A DNA stretch of 64,000 nucleotides, taken from Minisyncoccota bacterium (GTDB lineage Bacteria > Patescibacteriota > Minisyncoccia > Phycocordibacterales > GWA1-40-21). Shown piece after piece: positions 61,157 through 64,000 of this stretch (positions are counted from its first letter, which is position 1; each line of letters opens with the position of its first letter). The translations under genes were made by a program, and so were the position numbers. The stretch is taken from contig JBBACS010000001.1 of the NCBI GenBank assembly GCA_041656855.1, positions 3,454 to 67,453 of the forward strand, given 5' to 3'. Below the pieces are notes generated by a model. The model saw only the letters and a program-made list of their open reading frames with translations, did no database searches and was not told the origin of the DNA.

Positions 61157-61735
61157 ATGGCTATATTAGACTACAGTGAAGCAGTAGAAAGAAAAATCAT
61201 TCTTTATGAGGGTGCACCTTATGAAGTTTTGCATTCCCATGTTTTTAGAAAACAACAGAGAAAGCCGGTAAATGCTACAAAACTAAAGAACCTTATTACA
61301 GGTAAAATTACCGAAGTTTCTTTTCACCAGTCAGAAAAGATTGAAGAAGCAGATATTGCATACAAAGATGCAAAGTTTCTTTACAAAAGCAAAGGTGAGC
61401 TTTGGTTTTGTGAACCAACTAATCCAGCAAATAGATTTAAGCTTGATGGGGAAATGATTGGCAACCCAGCAAACTTTATGAAAGCTAATTCTCTTGTTGA
61501 GACAATGATTTTTAATGAAAAAGTTATAGGAGTAAAACTTCCAATCAAAGTAGATTTGAAAGTAACAGAAGCTCCACCGGCAGTAAAGGGAGATACATCA
61601 AGTGGTGGACAGAAACAAATCACTCTTGAGACAGGAGCAATTATAAATGCACCCTTATTTATTACAGACGGAGAAATAATTACAGTAAACACAGAAACAG
61701 GGGATTATGTAGGAAGAGCTGGTAAAAATAATTAA
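61157..61735 (+). CDS. efp: elongation factor P (listed ORF starts at 61094)
   Basis: Three-domain EF-P pattern (KLKNLITGK, VKLPIKVDLKVTEAPPAVKGDT, GDYVGRA). Confidence 0.85.
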   Translation: MAILDYSEAVERKIILYEGAPYEVLHSHVFRKQQRKPVNATKLKNLITGKITEVSFHQSEKIEEADIAYKDAKFLYKSKGELWFCEPTNPANRFKLDGEMIGNPANFMKANSLVETMIFNEKVIGVKLPIKVDLKVTEAPPAVKGDTSSGGQKQITLETGAIINAPLFITDGEIITVNTETGDYVGRAGKNN

Positions 61736-61746
61736 AATAATAAAAA

Positions 61747-61765
61747 GCGGCGCCTATGGCGCCGC
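61747..61765. terminator. bidirectional intrinsic terminator
   Basis: GCGGCGCC-TAT-GGCGCCGC flanked by A5 and T5. Confidence 0.9.
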
Positions 61766-61778
61766 TTTTTATTATTGT

Positions 61779-62855
61779 TTATATTTCTTTTAGCTTAGCT
61801 CTAATTACTTTCAATATCTCATTTGAAACTTTTGTATTCTCCTTCAAGAAAGTTCTTGCAGAGTCATATCCACGGCCGATTTTTTCTCCATTGTATTCAT
61901 ATGAAGAACCTGATTTTTTAATAATTTCCATTTTTTCTCCGAGAGCCAATATTTCTCCTTCCTTTGAGATACCTTCATTGTACATAAGATCAAACTCAGT
62001 TTGTTTGAATGGGGCAGCGACTTTATTTTTTACAACCTTCACTCTGATACGTCCGCCCATTATTTCGTCACCTTTCTTTATTTGAGCGATTCTTCTTATA
62101 TCAAGTCTGACAGAGGTGTAGAACTTTAAAGCTTTTCCTCCAGGAGTTGTTTCTGGGTTACCAAACATCATTCCAATCTGCATTCTGATTTGGTTGATGA
62201 AGATAACTATCGTTTTTGACTTAGCGACTATTGCTGTGAGTTTTCGAAGCGCCTGTGACATGAGACGCGCCTGTTTACCTACGTGATATGCACCCATATC
62301 GCCCTCAATTTCGTCTTTGGGTGTAAGCGCAGCGACAGAGTCTACTACTATGATGTCTATTTTTCCTGAGCGAACTAAGCTGTCTACAATGTCTAAAGCT
62401 TGCTCTCCATTGTCTGGTTGAGATATTAAAAGCTGGTCAATTTTTACTCCAAGCTTTTTTGCATATTCAGGATCCATGGCATGTTCAGCATCAATGTATG
62501 CACAAACTCCACACATTTTTTGTGCTTCAGCTACTGCATGAAGGGCGAGAGTGGTCTTTCCAGAAGATTCGGGACCAAAGATTTCAATTATTCTTCCACG
62601 AGGAAGTCCTCCGACTCCAAGTGCGGCATCAAGACCAATAGAGCCAGTAGGAATGACATTTATGTTGAGACGAGGTTTATCTCCGAGCATCATAATAGAA
62701 TCATCACCGAATTTGGTTTTGATTTCATCAATAGCATCTTCTATTTTGCTTTCTCTTTTTTCAGCTTTTGACTTCGTTGTTTCTTCTGTAGTTTCCTCAC
62801 ATGAGATTTCTGCCTCTTCACCTGTCACTTTCTTCTCCTTTGTCTTTTTTACCAT
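61779..62855 (-). CDS. recA: recombinase RecA with acidic/basic N-terminal extension
   Basis: Walker [26 protein letters not shown]. Confidence 0.95.
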   Translation of the reverse strand: MVKKTKEKKVTGEEAEISCEETTEETTKSKAEKRESKIEDAIDEIKTKFGDDSIMMLGDKPRLNINVIPTGSIGLDAALGVGGLPRGRIIEIFGPESSGKTTLALHAVAEAQKMCGVCAYIDAEHAMDPEYAKKLGVKIDQLLISQPDNGEQALDIVDSLVRSGKIDIIVVDSVAALTPKDEIEGDMGAYHVGKQARLMSQALRKLTAIVAKSKTIVIFINQIRMQIGMMFGNPETTPGGKALKFYTSVRLDIRRIAQIKKGDEIMGGRIRVKVVKNKVAAPFKQTEFDLMYNEGISKEGEILALGEKMEIIKKSGSSYEYNGEKIGRGYDSARTFLKENTKVSNEILKVIRAKLKEI

Positions 62856-62941
62856 TGTTTAATTTATTAAAACTTATAAAATATATTTCATTAAAATTAT
62901 ATCATATCTGTTGCTTTTATTGTATTTTGCATTTTCACTAA

Positions 62942-63047
62942 CGAGCGAGGTTATACATTTTCAAAATATTGCGCAGGCTGACGAGCCGAGCGTAGTAAAT
63001 TTTCAGCAGAAAATTATACGTGTTTTGAAAAGGCATAACCGAGCGAG
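62942..63047. mobile_element. MITE-like element: 90 bp with 17-bp imperfect terminal inverted repeats and 8-bp direct flanking duplication
   Basis: CGAGCGAG (62942-62949) | GTTATACATTTTCAAAA ... TTTTGAAAAGGCATAAC (62950-63039) | CGAGCGAG (63040-63047). Confidence 0.6.
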
Positions 63048-63050
63048 TCT

Positions 63051-63404
63051 TTATTTATAAATAACTTCAATTATTTTTTCTGTATTTCTGCCGAATTTAT
63101 CACTTGCCTTTATTGTAATTACATTATATCCGTATGAAAGCAACACCTCTTCCTTAAAATTTCCTTGTTCATCTATAAAGATTTTTCTGTCATTTAAGCT
63201 GATACTGTTTATATTCTTGGCAATTCCCGATACCTCAGTTAATGAATTTGATATCAATGACCCATTTTGGGGGGAGAGAACTTCTATTCTTGGTCCAAAT
63301 ATTATTCTTTGTATTTCATAAGCAGTATAACCAAAAATAAATAATATAATTGCAGAGATAAGAATTATTTGCAGTAATTTCCTTGTTGTGTGCCGGTCAG
63401 TCAT
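63051..63404 (-). CDS. membrane-anchored Ig-like domain protein, unknown function
   Basis: N-terminal TM, beta-rich domain (RIEVLSPQNGS...VITIKASDKFG). Confidence 0.55.
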   Translation of the reverse strand: MTDRHTTRKLLQIILISAIILFIFGYTAYEIQRIIFGPRIEVLSPQNGSLISNSLTEVSGIAKNINSISLNDRKIFIDEQGNFKEEVLLSYGYNVITIKASDKFGRNTEKIIEVIYK

Positions 63405-63442
63405 GGCTGATTTTTAATGAACGAAGTGAATGTAAAAATCGC

Positions 63443-63585
63443 CACCCAGTCAAATAAGGTTTGAGTGCTTTTTGAAAATTTGTGTTAATTGCTGATTTTA
63501 TGTTATTCATAATTTTGGTCTATTCTTCACCTGCTCAAACCTTAGAATTAATTTTTATTAAAAAATTAATTCTATTTGACGGGGT
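63443..63585 (+). repeat. family B palindromic element, long form (143 nt)
   Basis: CACCCAGTCAAAT ... ATTTGACGGGGT; nested stems AAGGTTTGAG/CTCAAACCTT and AGAATTAATTTTT/AAAAATTAATTCT; followed by the 46-nt module also seen at 24790-24835. Confidence 0.8.
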
Positions 63586-63617
63586 ATGTAAAAATATAGT
63601 CACTTTGTTCCTTATTT

Positions 63618-64000
63618 TTATATATAGTCTCCATCTTTATGCATTTCATCCACCTTTTCTTCTTCTTCAGATTTTTCTATATTTTCTCCATTTCCAATAA
63701 CTTCTCTTGCTTTTGCTCCGTCGCCTGGCCCTATAACCCCTCTCTGTTCTAACAAATCTATTAGCCTAGCTGCACGTGAGTATCCAACTCTAAGTTTTCT
63801 TTGTATATATGAAGTTGATGCTTTTCCTGCTTGTATAACTTCTGCTTTTGCTTGTTCATATAATTCATCTCCACCATCATCTTCTAAATCATTGAATATT
63901 CCAACTCCTCCACTTTCATCACTTCCACCTTTAGCTACTTCAGCTAGGTCTATCTCACCTCCAATGAGTTCATCTCTATATGCATCTGCTAGATATTTAA
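63618..64000 (-). CDS. ftsK: DNA translocase FtsK/SpoIIIE, C-terminal (gamma, winged-helix) part; 5' end outside window
   Basis: My minus-strand translation is open to the window edge: ...DELYEQAKAEVIQAGKASTSYIQRKLRVGYSRAARLIDLLEQRGVIGPGDGAKAREVI...DYI*; stop complement 63618-63620; absent from the ORF track (no Met in window). Confidence 0.8.
   Translation of the reverse strand, partial: KYLADAYRDELIGGEIDLAEVAKGGSDESGGVGIFNDLEDDGGDELYEQAKAEVIQAGKASTSYIQRKLRVGYSRAARLIDLLEQRGVIGPGDGAKAREVIGNGENIEKSEEEEKVDEMHKDGDYI

Noticed and set aside
61756-62862. Plus-strand ORFs of 109, 96, 103 and 60 aa
   Set aside because: All are antisense to recA, which is unambiguous.
63482-63700. 72-aa plus-strand ORF
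   Set aside because: The region is explained by the long family B element (63443-63585) and the 3' end of ftsK on the minus strand.
1-64000. Alternative genetic code (UGA recoding as in some candidate phyla)
   Set aside because: Long uninterrupted ORFs for all housekeeping genes are obtained with the standard code, and TGA clearly terminates genes (e.g. tyrS at 5423-5425).

Overview
AT-rich, gene-dense bacterial chromosome segment read with the standard code (TGA is used as a stop, e.g. tyrS/ruvC ATGA overlap at 5422-5425). Most of it is housekeeping: dnaN (3' part, so the origin is probably just upstream), class A PBP, tyrS, ruvC, yebC, ruvB, tsaE, polA, tig, nusA, metG, tatD, secE-nusG-rplK, a pyrimidine dNTP cluster (dCMP deaminase, P-loop kinase, tmk, dut, deoxyribonucleotidase), argS, ileS, recO, glyQS, an M16 peptidase, rpsF-ssb-rpsR, efp, recA and ftsK (3' part). 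Accessory content: a type IV pilus-like cluster (pilB, pilC, three prepilin-type genes, one 599-aa pilus-associated protein), a second pilB paralogue, two giant surface proteins (1409 and 1271 aa), an orphan Cas2-fold gene, a GxxExxY nuclease-fold cassette, and several small GC-richer genes with strong Shine-Dalgarno sites. Few SD sequences, many apparently leaderless genes, reduced proteins (short YebC, trigger factor without a PPIase domain), pilus genes and giant repeat proteins fit a small-genome Patescibacteria/CPR-like organism (inference only). I recognised no rRNA, tRNA, CRISPR array, transposase or integrase. Three things stand out. (1) A superfamily of CCCG...CGGG-clamped palindromic elements has at least 14 copies. 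Some form hairpins whose 3' arm ends exactly at a start codon, and four sit in frame inside tsaE, argS, tig and a flavoprotein gene. (2) A complete histidine-phosphatase (PGAM-like) domain is embedded in isoleucyl-tRNA synthetase. (3) A 22-bp perfect palindrome brackets the Cas2-fold gene and recurs inside tatD. All calls are by eye from the sequence and ORF track; no searches were run.
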